64,000 bases of DNA from Auanema rhodensis (Eukaryota; Animalia; Nematoda): NCBI GenBank assembly GCA_964057225.1, contig OZ059897.1, positions 15,004,001 to 15,068,000 of the forward strand, read 5' to 3'. The first letter of the stretch is position 1, and each line of letters opens with the position of its first letter. The position numbers and the translations under genes were made by a program. The notes beneath the pieces are model-generated. The model was not told the DNA's origin. It saw only the letters and a program-made list of their open reading frames with translations, and made no database searches. Positions 33,001 through 46,107 of this stretch are shown here, piece by piece.

Positions 33001-33103
33001 ATATGCCGTGGTAGTAAGCCTCGAGAAGGTTTATCTATTCTTTTTTCAAGTTCGGATCAGTTTAAGTGAATACAGTTACCCTACTCTTCGCCATACTCTC
33101 TAG
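30061..33103 (+). CDS. Uncharacterised multi-exon protein with C-terminal C2H2 zinc finger(s); 3' end uncertain
   Basis: A chain of open exons joined by short GT-AG introns starts at MMRGRPFSKEPE. FICDVCDASFTMKQNIAAHLFLFH and WFRCKECSQ occur near 32.6-32.7 kb. Confidence 0.65.
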
Positions 33104-33771
33104 AAACATAAAGTTATATGACCAATACTAGAAAATCTTACAATTTTCACATCTCTGTTATGCTTATGATATGCATTTATCGTGAACACAGTCTTGGAGG
33201 ATTTACGACTTCCTCAAGCTAAAGTGTTCTTTCATTGTGAGTTTATAAGTAAACTAACAACCATGCTTCTTTTGGTGTTAATGCGCATGCACTTCTATTG
33301 ATTTTGATCGGTGTCTTGAGATGCTTTCTGTATCATATTCTATAGTAAAATTGTATTGCTTTATTTAGTTGTAGTCCTGTTAATTGTCTTATTTCCGTAT
33401 GTTCGCTATATATTATTCTGCTAGTAATTTAACGCATTACCAGGTTCCGCTCGATACTACTCGATTTTCAAATTATCCTAAACACCAGTTCATACGCCAT
33501 AATGATTGTGATTTCACGTACATGCTAATGTTGTGTTTGCGTGGAACAGGCGTTTAGAGGCGCCAGCTTTATTTCTGTATCACAATACAAATTATAATAG
33601 TTGCTTACAATTTGAACGCTGGCTGACAATTCAAACTTAAACGTCGTACGTCTCTCTTCATATCCGTCATCAAAGTTTAGATTGGCCTATATTAACAGGA
33701 AGAATATGGATCCTCATCCTCTTGCTAATTCATTCATACCTACTGGAGTGTTTTCTCTTTTACTGCAGAAA

Positions 33772-35332
33772 ATGACCAAGGAAGCTACGGGTTCTTCTTC
33801 CCTTAGTTCGTGTCAGACCGCTGGAAAGTCTTGCAAAATCTCAACCACAGATTTGGAAGATATTCCCACCACTGTGCAAAAATTTGAGGCTCGCCCTGCC
33901 TTGATTGATTGCAGATCAGCTCTTTTTGAGTTGTTAGCAAATGAAGGCAAACAAGAGCAAGCTGTTCAAAAAAAGAGATTGAACCTTGAGAAAACTATTT
34001 CTCAATTAAAGAAAACCAAATCTATCGAACCCGGTGTCACTTCTCATAACGTTGATTATGAACGCAATCTGGACCCATCAAGCGGTGGCGTTAACAATGC
34101 TTTTAATTCCGAAGATGAAAAAGGCCAAGCAAACGCAACAGCGAGGATGTTCGATTTCAGTGAACTTCATGTTTCAGAGGTGTTATTTTGTGGAACATTA
34201 AAAATGTTGTTCTATGTTTGCTTCAATATTTCTCTTTCAGATTTTTCGATCTTCTACAGCAGCTGAAATTCATTTCAAAAAGAAGCATCAAAAAAGAGGA
34301 AACGTTAAAGTACGAAGTGATTGTGAAGAATGTGGTAAAAGTTTTACTTCTGCCTTTCAATTACGTGAGCATATTGCTATTCAACACTTGTATGTAACAT
34401 TTTTGTTCCATTTGTCTTATATTGGAGAATTCAGAAAAGAAAGAAATTTTAAATGTGATCAATGTGAACAACGATTTGGTAGGAGAGGAGGTTGGTATTA
34501 GTTGCTAGTTTTGTCTAATTGTTATAATTTTGCAGGCTTGAGAAGACATGTTCAAATGGTTCATCAAAATCACCTTCACAAATGCCCATATGAAGAATGT
34601 GATCATCCAGGATATAAATGTAGCAAGGTTAGTACTGCTTACTATATTTTTGTTAATTTTCTACATTTTAAAGGCATTAACAGCACATATTCGTAGTGTA
34701 CATACTAATGTTCGTCCATTTGTGTGTACTGAGTGTGAAAAGGCATTTGTGCGCAAAAATGATCTCAAAATGCATGAATTAACGCATCGAAAAGATATCG
34801 AATTCACGTATGTTTTTTTTTCTTTTTTTAGAATGTTTTGTTCTATCTGTTTATACTAAAACAGTTTGCTATTAGTTATTGTGTATTGTAGAATAGCAAA
34901 AGCCAGATAATGATTCAAGTTTTCTGAGCTTGTAGCCGTATGGAGCTGCTTTGTTGGCGGGGAAGGGGATTAAAACTGTTATCAGCTTTCGCTCGGCCGC
35001 TGTTTATGATATCTCACCGGTTGTTTTCCTATTTGTTCTTTTTCGAGTCTGGCTGCTACCACTACTGCTTATGAGGGTATGAATAACAACTGCATGCATA
35101 TCATTACGAGTGATAATAGCTAGTTGCTGAACCTGTTGAGATCTTTTCGATAACTAAATTTACTAATTATAAAAATTAATTCATCTCTAATATGCATATA
35201 TATTCTAAATAAGATATTTTATTATATTTCTTTAGGTGCACGTGTGGGCATTCCTTCCGACGACAAATGTATCTCAAAAAACATCAAAAAACCTGCAATA
35301 GTTGTTCTAATGCCACAATGGATACAGTTTAG
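33772..35332 (+). CDS. C2H2 zinc-finger transcription factor (~5 fingers)
   Basis: CEECGKSFTSAFQLREHIAIQH, CDQCEQRFGRRGGLRRHVQMVH, CPYEECDHPGYKCSKALTAHIRSVH, RPFVCTECEKAFVRKNDLKMHELTH and CTCGHSFRRQMYLKKHQKTC. Confidence 0.9.
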
Positions 35333-36404
35333 TTATCGGTTAGTACGTGATCCAATATCTCATTAAACGTACTAAAAAGCTAGACAAACGTATAATTTAT
35401 GATCTTCATATTTAAAATGTAATTCCATGGTGCAACTATGTGATCTTCGCTGATGTCGTAGATAAGAATAGAAGAAAAATATGGTAGTATTTCCTAGATC
35501 AATATACGTGATAGTTATTATCATTAATTTGATGTTTTTTTTGTATATAATGATATTGAATGAAAATGGATTTTGGTGTAGTTCGTGAGATGTAGATGTA
35601 TGTTGATGATATCTCTGAAAGGGGAAGGATTAATGGCTGCTAGTGACTGAATAGTCAGATAACGCTAACGCCGAATAAGATAGAACTGGGTGCCTTTTCT
35701 TCTAAGCAATCATCTTCTATCAGTGCTATTTGGCCGCTTGTCTCCTTCCTTATTCGTCTGTGATCATTTAGGTCTATGCTCCAAATCTTAGTATAGACTC
35801 ATCATGGTTGTACTTATTTTTGCTTTCTGCTGGATTGGAGCAATAGCTCAAAAAGAATATACGGTAGGAGTTTTCACACTTGGCACATGCTTATTTTAAA
35901 TTTGAATATTAATTTGCTAATCCAACAATCCATCTAACAATAGTAATCCAAGCTGAAAGAAGAATATGATAAGACGTAATGTTTATCAGCATACTCATTC
36001 ATATACATATGTTTCTTGACTAATACTCGGTATGCCCATTGTGGATATCGACTTAATCTCAAGACTGGTTCTCTAAACTAATTGGCCAAATCATTTGCAA
36101 ACAGAAAGAAAATCAGTCAAACAGCTTGTTTATATTTTGCCTTTCCGAGGTAACAGCAAAACAAAAACATAACATATTATATATTATATTTATATATAGA
36201 CAGATAGATATAAAGAGATGCATACAGATTGTAATATTGCAGAATAATTTTTCTTAGAAATCTTTTTTGAATTTCGCCGAAAGAATGCTAATGCACTTCT
36301 TATTGCTAATTCTTTTAAAATCGAAAAAAGGAAAAAATGCCCTTTGATAACGTTGTCTGTTAAATCGTATATCTTCAGTTGTTGGACATAGTGAAACCAA
36401 ATCA

Positions 36405-38958
36405 GAATCAAAGAATTTTTGATACAATTTCTGCGAGCGTTGCCAATGAATATGCTGGCCAGTTAATACAATTTGTAAGTTATTCTGGGTTTCATATAAG
36501 GTTGAGTTGCAAATAAACTAATCGAGGTTTAGGATGAGTCAGTCATTCATTCATACGAAGAAAGGGAAGTCAATTTTGCTAAGCTGAATGAAAAATATAG
36601 GTTTTGATTAGAACCAACTACATGAATAAACTATGATGTTTTTCAATTTAGGGAGTATTTATTTGAAGGAGATATGCTGATTCCTCTAGATAATTTAGAG
36701 AAGATTGTAGATGAAAACGGAAATCCTAGTAGTCGAGCTAAAAGGTAATTACGATATGATCGTTTACGTATTTTATCTATATTAGTCTTTGTGTAGAAAG
36801 GCATTTGTTAACCATGAATATCCTGCTACTATCTGGTCTGGAGGAGTTCCGTATGTTCTAAGCAGAACTTTGAGTTAGTAACTTATAAAACACAATTTTA
36901 AGTTTTAACTCATTGATATAATCTATTTTTAGCTCCTGGGGCACGTGCTTCTATTATTCGTGCCATCAATTTTTGGCAAAAGGAGACTTGTATTAATTTT
37001 AGACAACGAAAAACTGAACGCCAATATTTGGATTTTATTGGGAATGATGATGGATGCTGGAGTACTGTCGGAAAAGATAACCTATATGGTCGTCAAGTGG
37101 TTAGCATAGGACTAGGTTGTGAACATGTGAGTTATCATCATTATTTTTGAAAAAAAATTGAATATTTTCTTGGAAAAAAACCCTAAAACTATTTTTTTTA
37201 AACTTTTGATTTGTAGTTTGGTGTAACATCTCATGAGCTCGCTCATGCTCTAGGTGTTTTTCATGAGCAATCTAGATGGGATCGAGATGGAAGCGTTCGT
37301 CTAAATACTCGAGTAGTTCATGGATCTTTACTCTTCAATTTTGCCAAGGTAAACAAAATATAAAATCGAAAAATATGTCTTTGTCACAGATTCCAAAAAC
37401 AGAATTGAATAATTACAATATGCCATATGATATTGGAAGTGTTATGCATTACACGCCAACTGAGTAGGGAACATATTACTTTTTGCTATTAAAATCAAAT
37501 ACATTTGAGGTTTTCAAACAATCCTAGAGTACCAGCTTTGTTAGCTGTTGATCCAAATTTGCAACAAACTATGGGTCAAATGGAAGGTCCTTCCTTCCTT
37601 GATGTAGCCATTCTAAACCAACATTATCATTGCCATAGTACATAACTTCTGATCAAATGTCGCAAACTTTAGTAATACTTTTAGAACTCTGCAAAAATAC
37701 TTTGAATTGTCAGAATGGAGGATTTATTGATTCTAGAAATTGTAATGCTTGCAAGTCAGTGTATTATTTGAAATTTCCTTTTAATTATTTCTGACTAGAT
37801 GTCCTTCTGGATTTGGTGGAGCTCTATGTCAGAACGTAGCCAGTTCGTTCTCTGAAGGTTTTATCTTAAATTTTATTGTTTTCTAGTACCTGTTTTAGGC
37901 TGTGGAGGCATTTTGAAGGCTGAAGAAGCTGTTCGAAGATTCGACATTACTATCAAGCAAATAGGGAACATTAAAGATAAAATTTGTGTCTATCATATTC
38001 AGGTATGTCTGTTTTATGAGAAAATTAACTTTCCCTTTTATAGGCTCCAGCAGGAAAACGTATTCTGGTCAATATAATTAAACTAGAAGGTCGTTGTTTA
38101 GAAGGATGCTATCAGGATGGAAGTGAATTTAAAATGAAACAAGATTTTCGTCCAGTAGGATACAGGTAAAACCAAACACATTTTTTTAACGAGAAAATCA
38201 AATTACAACGTAAGCATATCATATCTGATTGTTGTTTAAGTTGTTTATAAACAGCACACACCAAGTTACTACTCATTCATTTCCAACAATGACATCTGTA
38301 GATACTTATGTATTGTTTTTTTCTATTTAAGCTCTTAATCTCCCTTCAAGTTTTTTTTATGATTCTAGTAGCTTTTGATAACAATAGTTTCTAGTATTTT
38401 GGATCAGAGATTAACTTCGTCATCAATGTACATATTTACATGATATATCATATGATGGCTGCTTCTATACATATAATGGGATTGACAAAAAGTTTGAAGG
38501 TATTTTGGGTCACATGAGTAGACATTGATTTGATAACTAAAATCTCAAAAACCGCTTCTAAATAAGGTTATGAGTTTGAAAAAGATCAAAAATTTTATGT
38601 CTGGATCACATTTTTTATATATTAAACATGTGGTTATTTTAATATATTTTATAATTTATAGGTTTTGCTGTAAATCAAATAATCAACGACTTTTATCTCA
38701 GACGAATTTAGTGCCATTCATGGTCTATTCTCGTAAGAAAACTGTCAGCTTATCGTTTGAATATACTATTGGTAAATATAAAATTATATAAAATTAATAC
38801 ATATAAGTATCATTTTCTATACAGTTGAAAATCGAGCTGCATTTGATGATCCAACCAAAACAATAGCAGAAGATGACGAAGGATTTGTCCCAGAAGATTT
38901 GATGAAAGAATCCTTATCAGCAAATATAGATGCTGTACCGGAAGTTGTAATAATTTAA
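36405..38958 (+). CDS. Astacin (NAS-family) metalloprotease with EGF and CUB domains; 5' end uncertain
   Basis: YLFEGDMLI prodomain, GCWSTVG, HELAHALGVFHEQSRWDRD (HExxHxxGxxH), YDIGSVMHY Met-turn, CQNGGF..CKCPSGFGG and CUB-like CVYHIQAPAGKRI. Confidence 0.9.
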
Positions 38959-39109
38959 AACTTAATTGTATACTTAATATATAAGTTTTTTTAATTGTAT
39001 TCATTAATTTTAGTTTTTAAATTATTTTTTGAACTGACTATATTTGAAAATAAAAATTATTTATTTATTTAAAGTTAAATTATCTTTTTTAGTTCATAAA
39101 ATGTACAAT

Positions 39110-39131
39110 AATATATATATATATATATATA
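39110..39131. repeat. (AT)n microsatellite
   Basis: Run of AT dinucleotides. Confidence 0.85.
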
Positions 39132-40512
39132 AATACATATATTATAAATTTAATACCAATTCATTTACATATCAGATAATTTTTTCATATATTTGTTAAA
39201 TTGGTAATTAGTCTGATTTTCGGAGAAAGTTAATACATCATAAAGCAAGTCATTATAAATCTTTCTATCTATTGAGTATAGCTGTTTAACACTTTAATAC
39301 TGAAATCTTTCTTTTGATATGTTTGAGTATTTTCGAAAAAAAAAGTACATTCAGTCTATATTAAACGTCATATTTCATATAAACCTTTTTATATTTTATT
39401 CTTTTAATAAGTTTTTGAAAGACATCTTTTCGAAAACATCTTTTTTTCTTTATATTATAATATTTTTTTAAATTTTCAATTCATAACGTTAAAATATATC
39501 AAATTCTTGTATTTTTCATACTACGACTATATATGAATGTAAAAACATCTAAAGACGTTAATAATATAAGACCGTTTGTATCAATTTTAATAATATAATA
39601 TTTCAATATAAATAGATCTATTTGGACTGTAACTATATTTCTAATTTTATAAAATTTATTTCCCATTCTCATTCAAATTACATAGTTTTTGAGAATGACG
39701 TCTGCTCAGCCGACTAGACCCCTATAATTATGAACCAGCGCAAGATCTGTGCTAACTCTGCAAATTATATTCAGTTACTGGTAACTAAGCGTTGAGACAG
39801 TTAATATAGCTCTGTATAGCTAGTTCTAGTTCTTTTCTTTTTTATTAAAATTTTTATGTTTATTTGGAAATTTTCATATATTGATAGTTATATTAGGGTT
39901 TGATCATATATGGATCATGCATATTAAGTTATGATATGACTTGGCAATAATTGGAAATAAATAGATATAAGAATATTGAAATATAATAATTGAAATAAAC
40001 CCAATATCTATAAGTTTTCATTGTTTGTTGGATCATATCGAGTATTATCTATTTTAATATTTTTGTTTCCAATATTCTTTAACGGGCATTTCTCATATAA
40101 ATTAATTTTTGTATCTTATTCATACAAATGAAGATCACTAATTTCTATTAATTTATTATAATATTATTTTTATCTATATAATAGAAAAATATTAATCAAG
40201 AAGAGATGAAACATAAATTATAGTTATATTCATTGGAATATGATGATAAAAGAATTCATAACTAATGTACTTTTTTTTATAATTTGTCCTTTATTCGTTT
40301 AAAGAAAGTTGATATGAGCACATTTCTCAGACAAATTTATCATTCAATTTCGTCTAAAAATAAAATTATCAGTTCAAAATCAATTCAATAAGATATGTTC
40401 ATCAAAGACTGAGTTAAAATCCTAAAATGCTCTGGGACTGATAAAACAGGAAACAAATACGAGGCTATTATATATTGTTGTTCGGAGAATTATCAGAAAA
40501 ACTCCGAAGAAG

Positions 40513-40536
40513 ATATATATATATATATATATATAT
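40513..40536. repeat. (AT)n microsatellite
   Basis: Run of about 12 AT dinucleotides. Confidence 0.85.
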
Positions 40537-41119
40537 GAAGCAATTGAATTCAAAATACTTAATTATCCTTTACTTTCTTTATTTTTGTATAATTTATAAC
40601 AATATTAGTAGATGTATGATTCTTTTTTTTTGAATCATCTATTATAATTTATCAGATGATATTCTTTTGTTGTTATTATTAAATATACAAATTGCATTAT
40701 AATATTATAGAATATTGTAATATTTCAAATGTTTTCTGCTTATATCAAAATAAATTCAAATTGTATCATAAAACAGAAAACAACTATTTCTTTATGAAAC
40801 ATTTTTGAAGCTACAGTTTCTCCAATCCTTTTGAATATCGACAAATTTGCGAGAGTTGTTCATTTCTGCATAAGCAATTTGATTTAATAATTTGACGTAT
40901 ATAAGGAATTTTTATAAAAAAGCCAATGATTTCGTATTGGTAAGTTTGATTTAATAATCCATGTTTACGATTTGTTTCTTTAGTTTATTATCTTTCGTAT
41001 TTCTATGGTAATTTTATAATATTTTCTACATAATTCGACAACTATTGTCTTTTAACATCAACTTTTAAGGTTTTTTGTGACAGAGAGAAATCCTTTTTTT
41101 TATACTTTTTAGTAGAAAA

Positions 41120-42893
41120 ATGGATATATTCTCATATGCTGATCCGAATGCAATTGCATTAACATCTCCGTCTACACATATGGTTCAATCTACTACACCA
41201 TTTCTTGTTATAGATCAAGTTGAGGTAATTTAAGAACAAACTTTTCAATTGAATTAAAAAGGAAAACTTATATTACAGGGAGATTTATTAGCTACAGGAT
41301 CACTCATGAATATATCTGTTAATAGTACAGTACAATATGTTCCAATAGTAACAGCTGGTATAGTATTTACTACATTATGTGTTGTTGGAGCATTAGCAAT
41401 CATTTTATTCATATTGGTACTAATAGTTGGACATAAAACATTTAACGAAGTAAGTTGAAAATATTAAAATCTTTTAAATTTTTTAAATTTTTTGTATTTA
41501 GTTTCCATTTTTCATCATTGTCTGGCACTTAACTATAACGAATGCTGTACATGTATCTTGTGTTATAACTTCAATTTTACCTCTCATGTTACTCAATGTA
41601 AGTCTTATTTGTTTCTAATTATTCATTATTCTTATGTTTTTTCAGTTAAATGATGATAATATCGGTATATGGTACACATGGGCATCCAGAATTATTGCAA
41701 TCACTGAGCAAGCTGCCTTATATCTTACATTTCTTATGACAATTAATCGTTTCGTAGTCTTTGTACTTCCTAATATGTCTATTTACTTTAATAAGTAGGC
41801 TATTACATCAAACTAATTATATTTTACTTGTTATTATCATTATTTTACAGAACGGGAATTATGATAATGGCTATGATAATATGGGTATATGTTTTCTTTA
41901 TTGTTTCATGGAATGTAGCATATGGTACTATCAAAGTATTTAGCAAAAAGAAATTAAAAGCATTAACCCTTGTGGATCAACTCTTAGGTGGCAATTTCTT
42001 AACACAGGTAAATAACAAGAAGATTTCGCTGTTTGTTTCTTGCAACTTCCTGTGTTGTTCAATACAATATCATTGATCTATTCGCAAATTTCAGTTTTTC
42101 AATTTATGTTTTACTATTTTGCCTGTTATTATGTTAGGCATGTATGCAATAATAGTTGTGGTAATTATCAAAAAACGATCCAGTGCAGAACTTTCAACAA
42201 ATAAAATTAGTAGAAGAGATCAGTCATTTTTATGGCAAGCATTTGTCGTTACATTGGCATTAGAGGTATAGAATTAATTTGTTATAATCAAATATATATA
42301 ATTTTCATTTTTTAAGTTATGTAATCTTGCTGCAATGTTTTCATTTTTTTTTAAAGATAAAGGTGAAATTATTCAATGGAGTTATACAATATTTAACTAC
42401 AGGTGAATCTTTTTAAAATCATTGAAATTAATATAGTTATCACTATCATTAGAACTTTTTTTTTCAAATATTGAAATTAGTTGAATTTTCAGAAAGATGT
42501 TTTATTTGAAAAATGTAGAAAAAACAGAGTAGAAAAAACTTTTAAATATGATTATCATGAATTCAACAGAAATAATTTTAAATTTACTCAACAAAGCAAC
42601 ACAGATCAGATATTAACATAAAATTTATAAATGACGTTTTATATTTCAGTACATCTATATTCAATCAAATAGTAAATCCTGTTATATCATTAACGTGTAA
42701 TCGAATGGTTAAAAGGACTTTGATCAAAATTTTCAAACGGGAATTATATTTGAAATGGGTTAGCGAAACAAGTGAACCTGCAGTACAGCTTCCGAAAAAT
42801 CAAGCTTCATGTTTATCTCGTTTTAACCGTATGATTCCATTGATGAGATTACCATCATCACGTAAAACAACTCTTGTAACAGAAGTTCACTGA
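41120..42893 (+). CDS. Seven-transmembrane serpentine (rhodopsin-like) receptor
   Basis: Multiple hydrophobic exons, FLMTINRFVVF (DRY-equivalent) and NQIVNPVI (NPxxY-equivalent). Confidence 0.75.
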
Positions 42894-43768
42894 ATAAAGA
42901 TTTTTTTTATGTACTAATAATAGAACTTTATTATTGATGATTTTCGGATGTGGTAAGCTGTTGATTGCAGTATCGACCGTTGTCAACTATGTTTCCCAGA
43001 ATGCGAATCAGATGATTCTAATAATCTCCAAGATTAATGCCAAGCTTTCCCCCCGTTTTTGCTCTTTTTAGCATAATTCCCTACCTCAATTCAATGCGAA
43101 CGATGATAAACAGTTGTGCAACATGGAATGTATCAGGAGTTCATCAGCGTAGTGCTTATGAATGAAGAAAATGCACCTCAATATGATACTTTTTTTAAGT
43201 AATATGTGGAGTACAAATAAAGAGATAGATTAGGAATTCTTCATTTTTTTACCTTTTCTTGAGATCTCCAAAAAATAAACAAGGTTATTAATAGTCCGCG
43301 TGAATATTATAAATAAATAATCAGGAAGAATTAATTATTCTTAAAAAATCTTTATAGCTTATGTACTTTTCCTACATCGATGGACAATGAACCCCACACT
43401 ATACATCTTTTGAAAAAAATAAGTAATTTAATTGGGTAAACAACATTATTAATGCTTTTCTGCCAAAATAAAAAATATAATACGCTGATTACTGTTTACA
43501 ACAACAGAAAAAAAATTAAAAAGCCAAATGGTTCCGTGTAAATAGTATTTTGAAAGCTGCCCATCCCATTCTAGCAAAAAAATATACAGATTCAAAACAT
43601 GTACGTATTTTTACGTTTGCGTATACTTGTGATAGCTTTTAGACATCATTAAGATGTGAAATCTCGTTTTTTTCGGTTCTAACTTTTCAATTTAATCTTT
43701 TCATGTTATATAAAGGTTGCATTTTATTAATTTAGATTCGTACTCACTTATGATTAGAACATTTTGGC

Positions 43769-44118
43769 ATGAGTGATCGTCATATGCCAAGCATCTTTAC
43801 CGAGTGTGACAAACTAAAACAGGTACCAGTAGTTGAATTAAGAAAATATGTAATAAATTCAGATATACGATAAGTGCTTCACCGAATTTTTTCAAAAATT
43901 CATTTCGCCCAACTACAGACATAAATACGCTGTTAATCCGTGTGACAGACTACAGCAAGTGTATAAAGAGTGTGTAGAAGAGGTTTTTCTTGACAAAATT
44001 GTTCTAATCTTTATTTTTTTATTAGAAGCTTGTTGCTAATCGCCCTTTTGATATTGATATAAACGAAGTGCGTAAAGAGTATTTAAATACCGAGGAGGAT
44101 AAGTTCAATACTGCTTAA
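43769..44118 (+). CDS. Mdm35/TRIAP1 twin CX9C mitochondrial intermembrane-space protein
   Basis: MPSIFTECDKLKQIYDKCFTEFFQKF...NPCDRLQQVYKECV has two CX9C motifs and the Mdm35 signature. Confidence 0.88.
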
Positions 44119-44166
44119 AGTAAGTTCATTCTTAGATATTATAAATAATATTTTTTATTCGATTAG

Positions 44167-44741
44167 ATGGATCCTTCTCACTTCCCCGCTCCTCAATTAA
44201 GCGAATCTGCAGACACTCGTTTCAATCAGCTAGAAAGAACTCTAGAAGCTTTCCAGGTATTTCATTATAGGTTCTAATTTCTTTATTTTTTTTTAACAGG
44301 AAAACGCTCGTCATATGGGCGTTATTGCAACAGATTTTTCATCTAGAAGTCAGGATGCCTTGAATCAAAAAATTCACACTTTAATTTCGGGCTTAAATGT
44401 ATATCTTAAATAAATTTTTTTATATACCTTTTCATACTACAGGAGTTGGATCAAATGAAAAATCAGTTCAACGATGTAAAAATTCCTCTAGAACTTCTTG
44501 AAGTTTTAGATCAAGGTAAAAATCCTCAGCTTTACACGAAAGAAGTCCTTGAAAGGACATTACAAAAAAACAAAGAGGTAAATAAAACCAGACTTTTTAT
44601 TTATTTTTCAAATGTTTTCAGGTTAATGGTAAAAGTGAAATATATAAAAAGTTCCGTGCTCATTTGTTGAAACACTTTGCCGATGAAATGCCCGAAGACG
44701 CAGCAAAATACCTCAACATTCGTAACGTCGATGATTCCTGA
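44167..44741 (+). CDS. mdt-10: Mediator subunit 10
   Basis: QLERTLEAFQENARHMGVIATDF, IPLELLEVLDQGKNPQLYTKEVLE and NKEVNGK. Confidence 0.93.
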
Positions 44742-44906
44742 TTATGTTGTTGTTTATTTCTTCTACATTTTTGAATTGTATGATTACTTATTTGAGTCAT
44801 TGTTAAATTAAGTTTGGATTTTTCTTTAATGTTCTTACGGTTTCAAAAATCCTATAGTTTATCTTAAATTGACAGTTCAAACTTCTATTTCAAAATGAAT
44901 TTTTAG

Positions 44907-45691
44907 ATGTCAATTGGTGCTAATATGATAATGAGGCCGCAAAATGCGGCTTCATCTTCATTAATCAAATTCGTACCCCATTTCTTAGCTCTTAGATTAA
45001 GTTGGACACATAATTCTATAAAGAGCGAAGGTCTCGAACAATTTGTTGAAGAATTTCTACCTGTAATTAGGTGAGCTAATAAAGCTATTCAAATTTTTAT
45101 GTTTCCTAAGTCTATTTTCAAGTAAAGCTATGAACTCTTGTCATAAAATTTATTTTTTTGTTCTAGAGAAAACAATCCACAAGTTAAATATTTCCTTCAA
45201 CGAACATACACTGAATGTGATCCATTTGTTGTTGGAGAGTAAGTTACAACCCATAGTTCCATATCAAAATATTGTTAACATCAACAGATATGCTTGGTTG
45301 AGACACCGTAAGAAGAGGGTATCCTGGAAAACCTGCCACCAGGTTTTATCGATGGTTGAAGAAATGTCAGTAGGTGGAGATTATCGTCCAGGTAATTTGA
45401 TCTAAATCGTATTTGTTTATCATGTACATCATGTAGGTCTTAAACGAGGTGTGAATAAACGATTACCTCGCGGACAAGAACTTTGGGATACAGAAACTAT
45501 GGGTCACGATATCTATCAGGTTTGAACAACTTAAATTATTAGTATTATTATTAATTAATCATAATGTAAATTTAGTTTTTTTATTGTTTTATTGTTTTTT
45601 TCAGGTATACAGCAAGTGGAAAGCTGAAAAACCAGATTCGGAAGTTGTAACTTGGAAAACTCACCCAAATCTTACATTTAGAAAATGCTAA
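44907..45691 (+). CDS. Mitochondrial ribosomal protein mL43-like (L51/S25/CI-B8 fold)
   Basis: KFVPHFLALRLSW..SEGLEQFVEEFLPVIRENNPQV..DPFVVGEY..VSWKT resembles the MRPL43 pattern (S.G.R.FVE....FA..NP.V...P.V.AEY). Confidence 0.7.
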
Positions 45692-46107
45692 AAAAAGTAA
45701 ATATAGTCATAGGCTTCTTGTTGTTTCTTATTGTTTTTAATAAATTGTTGTAAGATATACGACAATTCAATGTGTTAAAGTTTTGATTAATGATCTTGTT
45801 GTCGATCATGGTTACAGTTCATATGAACTCGCGAGACAAAGGAAATGTTTGATGATACAGCATGCTGTTTCGACCAAGGAGCCTAGTTTTCAACATGATT
45901 TCCGTATGATGATGTTATTGTCTTCTTCCGCGAGTGAAGAAACATTTGAACTATTCTTATGAAGAAACACCTATGTCAAATGGTCTTTGTGTTAAGTCAG
46001 TGCCATATTGTAAAGCACATGAAATAGCAAGAAACTTGTTCCTATTCGGCTTTGACTTGTGTGATTGCCTAAATTGCCTTCAATCTCACAAGACAGGTAG
46101 CTTGCAG

